A stretch of DNA of 64,000 nt from Xanthobacteraceae bacterium (GTDB lineage Bacteria; Pseudomonadota; Alphaproteobacteria; Rhizobiales; Xanthobacteraceae), in NCBI GenBank assembly GCA_030037645.1, contig JASHQI010000120.1:7674-71673 (forward strand), given 5' to 3'. Position 1 is the first letter of the stretch. Each line of letters starts with the position of its first letter. A program made the translations under genes and the position numbers. A model generated the notes under the pieces. It had not been told where the DNA came from. It saw nothing but the letters and a program-made list of their open reading frames with translations, and made no database searches. Below are positions 17,720 to 26,128 of this stretch, one piece after another.

Positions 17720-19555
17720 TCACTTGGCAGGCGCCGGCGCGGTCACCTCTTCGGGCGGCGCGTGCTCGTCTTGGGCGCGCTGATGCACCGGCTTGCGCTC
17801 GCGTGTCAGATTGTAGGCGCTGTTCACCAGCGCCAGATGCGAGAAAGCCTGCGGGAAATTGCCGACCAGGCGCTTGGCGCGCGGATCATATTCTTCACTG
17901 AGGAGCCCGAGATCGTTGCGCAGATCGACGAGTCGCTGAAACAATTTTTCCGCGTCGTCGAAGCGGTCCTGCAGCATATACACGTCGACCAGCCAAAAGC
18001 TACAGGCCAGAAACGCGCCTTCGCCGGGCGGCAGAGCGTCCTCGACCTGCTCCGTGCTGTACCGCATCACGAAGCCGTCACGCAGCAGATGCCGCTCGAT
18101 CGCATTGACCGTGGCTTCGATACGCGGATCGGAAACCGGCAGGAAGCCAACGCAGGGCAACAGCAACAAGTTGGCGTCGAGCTGATCAGACTCATAGGCC
18201 TGGACGAAACTGCCCAATTTCTTGTTGAAGCCCCGTTCGCAGACCTCGTCAAAGATTTCGTCTCGCAACTTGCGCCACTCATCGAGCGGCCCTTCGAGCC
18301 CGAATGTCTCGGCGCTCTTGATGGTGCGGTCGAACGCCACCCATGCCATCACCTTCGAATAGGTGAAATGCTGCGCCGGCCCACGCATTTCCCAAATTCC
18401 CTGATCGGGGTTGTGCCAGATTTCTTTCAGGTGCTCGAGAAATTTGACTTGTGTGTCCCATCCCGACTCGTTGGTCGAAAGCCCGTTGCGCCGCGCCTGA
18501 TGATGCACGTCCATGATCTCGCCGAACACGTCGAGTTGGAGCTGCGTGTGCGCCGCATTGCCGATACGCACCGGCTTGGAATTCTCGTAGCCGGGCAGCC
18601 AGTCGGCGACCCATTCGGCGAGCCGGCGCTCGCCGCCGATGCCGTACATGATTTGAAGCTGATTCGGGCTGCCGGCGACGGCGCGCAACAGCCATTCGCG
18701 CCAAGCTTGGGCTTCCTCGTAATAGCCGCCATGCATGGCGCCGAGCAGCGTCAGCGTGGCATCGCGCAGCCAGCAAAAGCGATAATCCCAATTGCGCTCG
18801 CCGCCCATGAGCTCCGGCAGCGAGGTCGTCGGCGCGGCGACGATGCCTCCGGTCGGTGCGTAGGTCAGCGCCTTGAGCGTCATGATCGACCGGCGCACGG
18901 CCTCGGTCCACTTTCCCGCCGGCCGGCATTTTGCCGACCATTCCGTCCAGAACGATTCGGTCGCTTGCAGCGCCGCCATCGGGTCGAGCGAATCGGGCAC
19001 GGGCCGATGCGAGCGCGAATAGGTCAGCACCAGCGGAATCGTTTCGCCGCGGCTGATGGTGAACTCACCGACACTGGTCATATCCTTGCCCGTAATGTGC
19101 ACGGGCGTGCGCAATATCACCATGTCGGGTCCGGCGATGGCGCGCAGCGCGCCATTTTCCAGCCTTGTCACCCATGGCACGACGGCGCCGTAGCCGAAGC
19201 GCAGGATGAGCTCCGTGTGCATAGCCAACTGGCCGCGCGTGCCGATCACAACCCGAATGATCTCTGAATGGTCGCTGCGGAACGGCATGAAATCGACCAG
19301 CGTCGCTGCACCATCGCGCGTTTCGAAATAAGTTTCGAGAATGAGCGTGCCAGGCCGGTAGCGGCGCGTGATGCGGGCCTTCTCACGCGGCGCGACCAGC
19401 CAGCGGCCGTGATCGCGCGACCCGAGCAACGCGCAGAAGCACGCCTCCGAATCAAAACGCGGCCAGCACAGCCAGTCGATCGATCCGTCGCGGGCAACCA
19501 GCGCCGCGCTCTTGCAGTCGCCGATCAACGCATAATCTTCGATCCGGGTCGACAT
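17720..19555 (-). CDS. Glycoside hydrolase family 15 protein (glucoamylase/trehalase-like), copy 2
   Basis: Contains MSTRIEDYALIGDCKSAALVARDGSIDWLCWPRFDS, WDYRFCWLRDA and GLLSEEYDPRAKRLVGNFPQAFSH. Confidence 0.85.
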   Translation of the reverse strand: MSTRIEDYALIGDCKSAALVARDGSIDWLCWPRFDSEACFCALLGSRDHGRWLVAPREKARITRRYRPGTLILETYFETRDGAATLVDFMPFRSDHSEIIRVVIGTRGQLAMHTELILRFGYGAVVPWVTRLENGALRAIAGPDMVILRTPVHITGKDMTSVGEFTISRGETIPLVLTYSRSHRPVPDSLDPMAALQATESFWTEWSAKCRPAGKWTEAVRRSIMTLKALTYAPTGGIVAAPTTSLPELMGGERNWDYRFCWLRDATLTLLGAMHGGYYEEAQAWREWLLRAVAGSPNQLQIMYGIGGERRLAEWVADWLPGYENSKPVRIGNAAHTQLQLDVFGEIMDVHHQARRNGLSTNESGWDTQVKFLEHLKEIWHNPDQGIWEMRGPAQHFTYSKVMAWVAFDRTIKSAETFGLEGPLDEWRKLRDEIFDEVCERGFNKKLGSFVQAYESDQLDANLLLLPCVGFLPVSDPRIEATVNAIERHLLRDGFVMRYSTEQVEDALPPGEGAFLACSFWLVDVYMLQDRFDDAEKLFQRLVDLRNDLGLLSEEYDPRAKRLVGNFPQAFSHLALVNSAYNLTRERKPVHQRAQDEHAPPEEVTAPAPAK

Positions 19556-19575
19556 GGTTGCGGTAAGGCTATTGG

Positions 19576-20628
19576 TCAGGAGAAATCGACGACGACCTTG
19601 ATGTCGTCGGGCTTTTGATCGAGGGCTTGCGTCCAGTCCTCGACCGGCACCCGGCGGGTGATCAGCCTGGCCAGCCAGCTTTTGTCCGCCCGCTGCAGCG
19701 CAGTGACGGCATCCTCATAATGCTTGCGGTTGGCATTGACGCTGCCGAATACGGTGTCGTTGTCGAGCACCATGGTGCGGTTGAGACCGCCAACATCGAC
19801 ATTCATCGCATGCCCTGGGGCCGAAACGCCGACCAGGCATACGATGCCACCGGACGACGTGCGGCCGAAGGCATCCTTGATGACGACCGGTGCGCCGGTG
19901 CACTCCATCAAGATGTCCGGCTTGAGACCGTCGAGATCGTCTAGGCTGCCGAGATGAAAAGTGCCGCCGAGCCGACGGACGACCGTGCTTTTGTCGCCGT
20001 CGTCGTTGTGGTCGAGAACGTGGACATCGAGGCCGCGCTGCATGCCGATCAACGCCGCAAGCAAGCCGATCGGGCCGGCGCCGGTGACGAGCAACGTCCT
20101 TGGCCGCCATGACCGCGAGCGTTGACCAATCCGCTCGGTTTGGTCCCACGCTTTGGCAACAACGCTGGTTGGCTCGACCAGCACGCCGCTGGTGCCGAGC
20201 GAGGAATCGATCTTGATGAGGTATTCCGGCTCGATGCGGAAAAAATCCGCCCCGTAGCCATTGCGCTCCTTGATGCCGTGTTCGGTGTAGCGGCCATTGC
20301 GGCACATGTCCCACTCGCCGACCGCGCAGGCGGGACAAGGAACGGGGTCGGGCCGGCGCACGATACCAACGACGAGATCGCCGACCTGGAAACCCGAATC
20401 GGCTGGCGCCTCCCGCACGTTGCCCAGCGATTCGTGGCCGATCACCAATCTCTGTTGTCCCGGCGGAGCCCAGCCATAGGCTCCGGCCACGATTTCGCGG
20501 TCGGTGCCGCAGACGCCCAACGCCGACGTCCGCACCAGCACCGGACCATCCGAGCGCGGCGGCTCCGGGACGTCTTCGACACGTGCTGAATGGGCAACGC
20601 CAGGCGCGACAGTAAGGGCGCGCATCAT
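19576..20628 (-). CDS. Zn-dependent MDR-family dehydrogenase, glucose 1-dehydrogenase-like
   Basis: Contains GVCGTDREI and GHESLG, plus a Rossmann motif (VTGAGPIGLL). It lies 20 nt upstream of GH15 copy 2 on the same strand. Confidence 0.7.
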   Translation of the reverse strand: MMRALTVAPGVAHSARVEDVPEPPRSDGPVLVRTSALGVCGTDREIVAGAYGWAPPGQQRLVIGHESLGNVREAPADSGFQVGDLVVGIVRRPDPVPCPACAVGEWDMCRNGRYTEHGIKERNGYGADFFRIEPEYLIKIDSSLGTSGVLVEPTSVVAKAWDQTERIGQRSRSWRPRTLLVTGAGPIGLLAALIGMQRGLDVHVLDHNDDGDKSTVVRRLGGTFHLGSLDDLDGLKPDILMECTGAPVVIKDAFGRTSSGGIVCLVGVSAPGHAMNVDVGGLNRTMVLDNDTVFGSVNANRKHYEDAVTALQRADKSWLARLITRRVPVEDWTQALDQKPDDIKVVVDFS

Positions 20629-20815
20629 AGTGTATCCGTTTTATCTGCGATTTTCGGCCCGCAATCGATCGTCAGAGCTCGAGCAGCCCGCGTCACTCGG
20701 GCCAATGAACCCTTACCAACGCGGCACACGTGAAAAAGTTCCCGCGCTGGAACCAAGTTGCGCCTGCGAGGTTGTACGAAATCGGTGCCGCAGCGACCGC
20801 CATCCTGGCTTTCAA

Positions 20816-21190
20816 ATGGAAAGCATCGGACACAAGCGATGGGCCATAGCCGAAGGATACATTCCTTCGCGTAGCTCGTTTTCCGATCCAGCCCTGTGCT
20901 CCCACGAGACCGCTTGCATCCTGAACGCCGGCGACCGCGACGCGCAGGTTCGGATCACCATCTTTTTCGGCAATCGCGATCCGATCGGCCCGTATCGTGT
21001 CACCGTTGCGGCGCATCGCACGTTACATTTGCGCTTCAACGATCTCACTGAACCCGCCCCTATTCCGCGCGACACCGACTACGCCTCGGTGTTCGAGGCC
21101 GACGTGCCGATTATCGTGCAGCACACGCGGCTCGATTCGCGACATGCCGAAGTCAGCCTGCTATCGACAATCGCCTATGCCGAAGCATGA
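20816..21190 (+). CDS. Sensory rhodopsin transducer (ASRT) family protein
   Basis: 124 aa. RWAIAEGYIP…SHETACILNAGDRDAQV…GPYRVTV…HLRFNDLTEPAPIPRDTDYASVFEADVPIIVQHTRLDSR…LLSTIAYA is near-colinear with Anabaena ASRT as I remember it. The listed 228-aa ORF start at 20504 is upstream read-through. Confidence 0.8.
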   Translation: MESIGHKRWAIAEGYIPSRSSFSDPALCSHETACILNAGDRDAQVRITIFFGNRDPIGPYRVTVAAHRTLHLRFNDLTEPAPIPRDTDYASVFEADVPIIVQHTRLDSRHAEVSLLSTIAYAEA

Positions 21191-21374
21191 ATAGACTGCG
21201 CGCTGCGGCGCAAGACGGCCCGAAAAAAGCGCGAAATCGACAAGCGAGAAAGTTCCACAAAATCGAAATGAATAGATTCACGCGGTTCCCACGCGGGTTC
21301 CGCTGCACTGCATCGTTAACGGAACAAACGGCGCTCATCCCGGTTGTCGAAACACTGAACTGGAGGATGTCCCC

Positions 21375-22814
21375 TTGAGCGTTGTCGTCGTCTCCAACCG
21401 CGTCGCGCGGGCAAAGGCCGATGAACCAATTGCCGGAGGTCTCGCGGCAGCGCTTATTCCCATGGTGAAGGAATCCGGTGCGATCTGGGTGGGTTCGAGC
21501 GGTCACGCCGCGGATGCAACGCAAACGAAGGACTCTTTTGCCAAGATCGAATCGCTTGGCACCGGCGCGCTCGCGACTGTCGACATGCCGGCCAAGCATT
21601 ATCTCGGCTACTACGAGGGCTTTGCCAATTCGGCATTATGGCCGGCGCTGCACTCTCGCCCCGATCTCATTCACGTCACTGCCGAACACTACGGGTCCTA
21701 CCGCGAAGTCAACACGTTCATGGCCCGCGCGCTGCTGCGGTTCAGCAAACCGGATGCGATGTTCTGGGTGCAGGACTACCATTTCCTCACATTGGGCGCG
21801 GAGCTGCGCCGGCTCAACATCAGTCGACCGATCGGTTTCTTTCTTCATACGCCGTGGGCGGAGCGGCGCACCATGGCCGCCATTCCTCATCATGCCGACA
21901 TCGTGCGAGAAATGCTCGCCTATGACCTGATCGGATTCCAAACGGTCGAGGACCGCCAGAATTTCGAGGACTATCTCCGAGTAGAACTCGGCCTAACCGC
22001 CGTCGACGGCACAATCGCGACGGAATGGGGATGGACGCAGCTCGCCACATTCCCGATCGGCATCGACGTCGAGGAATTTGTCGCGCGAGCCAATAAGGCG
22101 GTCGGTCGCCCGGAAGTCTCGCGCCTACGCGCCAGCTTGCAGGGCGCCAAGCTGGTTCTCGGCGTCGATCGTCTCGATTATTCGAAGGGCCTGGCAAACA
22201 GGGTGCGCGCCTTCGAGCGCATGCTGGAATCCGAGCCAAACTTGAAGCGCGCCGTATCGCTTCTGCAGGTCGCTGTTCCGTCGCGTGGAAACATCCGCGC
22301 CTACCGCGAGCTCAAGGCCGAGCTCGCCGCCCTCGTCAGCGAAGTCAATGGCCGTCACGGCGAAGTCGATTGGACCCCCATTCGCTATCTCAACAAGGGT
22401 TTTTCGCAGCTTACGCTGGCCGGCTTCTATCGTACGGCACTCGTAGGACTGGTCACACCTCTGCACGATGGCATGAATCTCGTCGCCAAGGAGTACGTCG
22501 CCGCGCAGAATCCGTTCGATCCTGGCGTCTTGGTCCTGTCTTCGTTCGCCGGCGCGGCGAAAGAGCTCGATGCCGCCCTGCTGGTCAATCCGCATGACAT
22601 CGACGGAATGGCCCGGCAGATCGCGACTGCGCTGACGATGAAAGTCGAGGAGCGGCGCGAACGGTGGCAGACCATGATGACGAAGCTGAAACGGTCATCG
22701 GTGCAGAGCTGGTTCTCCGATTTCCTGCATACCCTGTCGGAAGTGCGACGCGCGCCGTCCCTGCCGGCAAATCTGCCGCGCGTCCTCGAACTCGCCGGGC
22801 GCAGGTCGGCTTAG
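21375..22814 (+). CDS. otsA: Alpha,alpha-trehalose-phosphate synthase (UDP-forming)
   Basis: TTG start 7 nt after GGAGGA. The sequence is GT20 OtsA-like (…LWPALHSRPDL…WVQDYHF…DGMNLVAKEYVA…). Confidence 0.85.
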   Translation: MSVVVVSNRVARAKADEPIAGGLAAALIPMVKESGAIWVGSSGHAADATQTKDSFAKIESLGTGALATVDMPAKHYLGYYEGFANSALWPALHSRPDLIHVTAEHYGSYREVNTFMARALLRFSKPDAMFWVQDYHFLTLGAELRRLNISRPIGFFLHTPWAERRTMAAIPHHADIVREMLAYDLIGFQTVEDRQNFEDYLRVELGLTAVDGTIATEWGWTQLATFPIGIDVEEFVARANKAVGRPEVSRLRASLQGAKLVLGVDRLDYSKGLANRVRAFERMLESEPNLKRAVSLLQVAVPSRGNIRAYRELKAELAALVSEVNGRHGEVDWTPIRYLNKGFSQLTLAGFYRTALVGLVTPLHDGMNLVAKEYVAAQNPFDPGVLVLSSFAGAAKELDAALLVNPHDIDGMARQIATALTMKVEERRERWQTMMTKLKRSSVQSWFSDFLHTLSEVRRAPSLPANLPRVLELAGRRSA

Positions 22815-22846
22815 CAGCGCCCGCGCGCGATTACGCACTGCGCGGC

Positions 22847-24625
22847 CTAAGTCTTGGTCTTTACCGACCGAATAGTGTTGCGTCCGGCTTGCTGGGCCGC
22901 CCGCTGCAACGTGTGACGGATCTCATCTCGCTTTTCGTGAATCGAAGCGATCACCGGCCCGATCGCGATCCCTAACCCGACCAAAGCGGCTTCCGAGAGC
23001 TGGAGACTTGCCTCGATGGTCTCGGGGACCGCATCGGTGGCGCCGAGCCCGTAGAGGTGCCGTGCGTGATCGGCGTCCCGGGCGCGCGCGACGATGAGGA
23101 TATCCGGCCGCATCGCGCGCACGTGTTCGACGACGTCATCGATGAGCTTATGGGTATGGATGGTGACGATGACACCGGCCGCCGTCGCCAGACCGCAGGC
23201 TTCGAGAAATTTCGTATCGGCCGCGTCGCCGTAATAGACATCGTGTCCCTCGCGGCGATCGCGCGTCACGGTCGTGGCGTCCGAATCGGCGGCGATATAA
23301 GGGATGCCGTGCTCTTTCAGCATCGCGCAGACCACCTTGCCGACCCGGCCATAGCCGACGACGATGGCGTGCTTCGGTCCGCCGCTGGGCCGGATCGTCA
23401 ACCCGGGATCGACGGCTCCGCCTGGTTCGAGGCGCGACGTGAAGCGCCGCGCGGCGAGAGAAAGCAGCGGCGTGAACGCCATCGTCACCGAGGTCACGGC
23501 CAGCGTGAAGCGCGCAAGCGGCGCTTCGATCAGTCCGGCAGCAGCCGCCATGCCGATGCTGACGAAGGCAAACTCGCCGCCCGGACCGAGCAGCAATCCG
23601 GTCTCGATCGCGACCCGCCAAGATAGCCGGAACAGCTTGGCCAGCGCGATCAACAGCAGCGACTTGACGATGACGAGGCCCACAACGCCGCCGGCAAGCA
23701 ACAGCGGTTCGCGCACCAGTTCGCGAAAATCGATGTCCATGCCCACGGTGAAAAAGAAAATGCCGAGCAGCAACCCCTTGAACGGTGCAACGGTTGCTTC
23801 GATGGCCTTGCGGTATTCCGTTTCCGCAAGCAGCAGCCCGGCAACGAACGCGCCGAGCGCCATGGACATGCCGGCCCGGTTGGCGACCACGCCGGCCGCG
23901 ATGATCACGAACAGAATCGCCGCAATGAACAAATCCCTGGAGCGAGACGCCAGACGAAACAGCGGACGCAACAGCAATCGGCCGAAGACGACAATGACGG
24001 CAATCGCGATCGCGGCCTGCAGCAGCGCGGTATCGAGGCTGTTGAGAACCGAACCACCGGGACCCGCGGCGATAATCGAGATGAACATCAGGATCGGGAT
24101 GACAGCGAGATCCTGGGCCAGCAGGATGGAAAAGCTGGCGCGGCCGACATTCGTGGTCAGGCGTTCCTGGTTTGAAAGCAGCTCAAGCACGATCGCAGTG
24201 GAAGACAGCGAAAGGCTGGCCCCGAGAATGATCGCCGCTGACGGGCTCTTGCCGTAAAGAGTTGCGCCACCGCCGAGCAAGACGGTGGTCAGCAGCACCT
24301 GTAAACCGCCAAGTCCAAAGACCAGGCGCCGCATGGTCCATAGCCGATGCAGCGACAGTTCGAGACCGATCAAAAACAGGAGAAAGACGATGCCAAGTTC
24401 GGCAATCCCGGAAACGTTCTTGGCGTCACCGACCGTGAACCAGTAAAGCACCGGAAATTGACGGATGAGGGAACCGAGCCCGAGCGGCCCAAGGATCGCG
24501 CCAGCGCCCAGATAGCCGAGGATGGGACTAAAACCCAGGCGGCTGACGATCGGCACCACGATACCAGCAGTGCCGAGAACGACGAGCGCATCGCTATAGG
24601 CGGCGATGTTGATCGTAGAGGCCAC
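22847..24625 (-). CDS. CPA2-family monovalent cation:proton antiporter with C-terminal TrkA-N domain (KefB/KefC-like)
   Basis: TM-rich N-terminal two-thirds and a Rossmann motif (VVGYGRVGK). I place the start at the GTG at 24625 (VASTINIAAYSDALV…). The annotated ATG at 24742 lies inside repeat copy B. Confidence 0.8.
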   Translation of the reverse strand: MASTINIAAYSDALVVLGTAGIVVPIVSRLGFSPILGYLGAGAILGPLGLGSLIRQFPVLYWFTVGDAKNVSGIAELGIVFLLFLIGLELSLHRLWTMRRLVFGLGGLQVLLTTVLLGGGATLYGKSPSAAIILGASLSLSSTAIVLELLSNQERLTTNVGRASFSILLAQDLAVIPILMFISIIAAGPGGSVLNSLDTALLQAAIAIAVIVVFGRLLLRPLFRLASRSRDLFIAAILFVIIAAGVVANRAGMSMALGAFVAGLLLAETEYRKAIEATVAPFKGLLLGIFFFTVGMDIDFRELVREPLLLAGGVVGLVIVKSLLLIALAKLFRLSWRVAIETGLLLGPGGEFAFVSIGMAAAAGLIEAPLARFTLAVTSVTMAFTPLLSLAARRFTSRLEPGGAVDPGLTIRPSGGPKHAIVVGYGRVGKVVCAMLKEHGIPYIAADSDATTVTRDRREGHDVYYGDAADTKFLEACGLATAAGVIVTIHTHKLIDDVVEHVRAMRPDILIVARARDADHARHLYGLGATDAVPETIEASLQLSEAALVGLGIAIGPVIASIHEKRDEIRHTLQRAAQQAGRNTIRSVKTKT

Positions 24626-24644
24626 GACGCCCTCTCGCGCGGTT

Positions 24645-24745
24645 CTAGAGCGCAATCGTTTCAAGATGAATCGATTTGGCGCTCTAGCATTTTGGTTTAG
24701 CATGATCTTTTCGGAAAACCGGTGTCCACTTTTCCGGATCATGCT
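24645..24745. repeat. Intergenic double-hairpin repeat, copy B
   Basis: Contains CTAGAGCGCAATCGTTTCAAGATGAATCGATTTGGCGCTCTAG followed by AGCATGATC…GATCATGCT. It matches 11283..11417. Confidence 0.8.
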
Positions 24746-24891
24746 TTATTGCAGCTTGTCGCTTGATTTTGCCGAGCGTGACAAGCCCCGCTCGCTTAGG
24801 TCCATAGAGTTCAGGTATGCCGGTGATCATGGAACGGGAAGAGTGAACCGCAATGGATCGGCTCGCGCCATCGCCAAACGCGTACCCTGTG

Positions 24892-25290
24892 CTAATCGCC
24901 GATCACGGCAATTGCGTTGATCTCGATGAGATAATCGGGCGACGTCATCTTGCAGACCTCAACCATGGTGGAGGCGGGCGCCGGCGCCTTGAAATATTCT
25001 CGCCGTACTTTGTGGATCTGCTCGAAGTGTTCCATGTTGCGCACGTAGACATCGACCCGGCAGACATCGTCCATGGTGCCGCCGGCTTGTTCCACCGCGG
25101 CCTTCAGGTTTTCGCAGACCTGCCGCGTCTGCGCCTCGATATCGCCGATACCGGCGATGCCTCCATCTGCGCGCCGCGCGGTCATTCCGGAGATGAATAT
25201 GAGCCGGCCGCGCGCCGCGATCATCGTCGCGTGAGAAAAATGGCCACTCGGCTGGCGGATTTTGGGCGAGATAATCTGCGTCTTCGGCAT
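24892..25290 (-). CDS. RidA/YjgF family reactive-intermediate deaminase
   Basis: 132 aa with the typical RidA pattern (…SGHFSHA…IFISGM…QTRQVCENLKAAVE…VDVYV…P.STMVEV…IEINAIAV). Confidence 0.85.
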   Translation of the reverse strand: MPKTQIISPKIRQPSGHFSHATMIAARGRLIFISGMTARRADGGIAGIGDIEAQTRQVCENLKAAVEQAGGTMDDVCRVDVYVRNMEHFEQIHKVRREYFKAPAPASTMVEVCKMTSPDYLIEINAIAVIGD

Positions 25291-25429
25291 GCGGCGCTCC
25301 TGATGTCTGGACGCGATGACTTAATCTTCGAATCGCAACCCCATGCCAGCTTATTATTGGAGCGTGATCCTTGCTGAAAATTGTGGCTCAGCCCGGATCA
25401 CATCGGGGGCGGTTGGTTTAGATCCGGCT

Positions 25430-26128
25430 CTAAACGCCAAGATGGCGGTGCAAGATATCGGGCTGTTCGCGCACAGCCTTGGCGCTCAGCGTTTCGACGA
25501 TGTGCCCATTATTGATTATGTAGATGCGATCGGCCAGCGACATCGCGGCGGAAATATTCTGCTCCACGATGAGGATGGTCTGGCCGGCCTCAGCCAGCGT
25601 CCGGCATGTGGCCAGAAGGTCACGCACGATAATGGGCGCCAGCCCCTCGAACGGCTCGTCGAGCAAGAGAATTTTCGGCTCGCGAACGAGCGCGCGCGCG
25701 ATCGCCAGCATCTGTTGTTCGCCGCCGGACAAATCGGTACCGCGGCTGCCGCGTCGCTCCTTGAGCCGCGGGAACATCGCGTAGACGCGTTCCAGCGGCC
25801 AGCGCGTTGACGCGGTCAGTCCGGCGAGGATGATGTTTTCCTCGACGTTGAGGCTGCCAAAAATGCGGCGGTCCTCGTGAACGAGCTGCATGCCGGCTTG
25901 CGCGATGGCGTGACTCTTCTTGCCGGCGATCTCGGCGCCGTCGAATTTGATCGACCCGGTGCGAGGCGTCACGACGCCCATCAAACTCTTCAATGTCGTG
26001 CTCTTGCCGGCGCCGTTACGTCCGAGGAGCGCGACCACCTCGTGGCGCTCGACGTTGAGCGAGACATCGAAGAGGATGTGCGAGTCCCCATAATAGCTGT
26101 TCAAATCCTTGACTTCGAGCAGGCTCAT
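25430..26128 (-). CDS. livF: Branched-chain amino acid (LIV-type) ABC transporter ATP-binding protein
   Basis: MSLLEVKDLNSYYG…, Walker A GRNGAGKST, signature LSGGEQQML and Walker B LLLDEP. The ATGA overlaps the upstream stop. Confidence 0.85.
   Translation of the reverse strand: MSLLEVKDLNSYYGDSHILFDVSLNVERHEVVALLGRNGAGKSTTLKSLMGVVTPRTGSIKFDGAEIAGKKSHAIAQAGMQLVHEDRRIFGSLNVEENIILAGLTASTRWPLERVYAMFPRLKERRGSRGTDLSGGEQQMLAIARALVREPKILLLDEPFEGLAPIIVRDLLATCRTLAEAGQTILIVEQNISAAMSLADRIYIINNGHIVETLSAKAVREQPDILHRHLGV

Noticed and set aside
17708-19267. A set of long antisense ORFs. Members: 17708..19267, 26266..27837, 28906..30351, 40334..41404, 44369..45745, 48180..49778, 50377..51678, 59667..61106, 11348..12307 and 62862..63539
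   Set aside because: Each lies opposite a confidently identified gene (GH15, livMG, binding protein, flgD, fliG/fliH, EF-G, aminotransferase, ABC exporter, MFS, GST). All show the Arg/Asp/His/Gly-rich composition typical of high-GC shadow frames.
20748-20761. Sigma-54-like TGGAAC…TTGC upstream of the ASRT gene
   Set aside because: The GG to GC spacing is 9 nt rather than the required 10, so it is unlikely to be a functional -24/-12 promoter.
24626-24742. N-terminal extension MIRKSGHRFSEKIMLNQNARAPNRFILKRLRSRTAREG of the kefB-like ORF
   Set aside because: It is encoded entirely by intergenic repeat copy B, which recurs non-codingly at 11283..11417. The canonical CPA2 N-terminus starts at the GTG at 24625.
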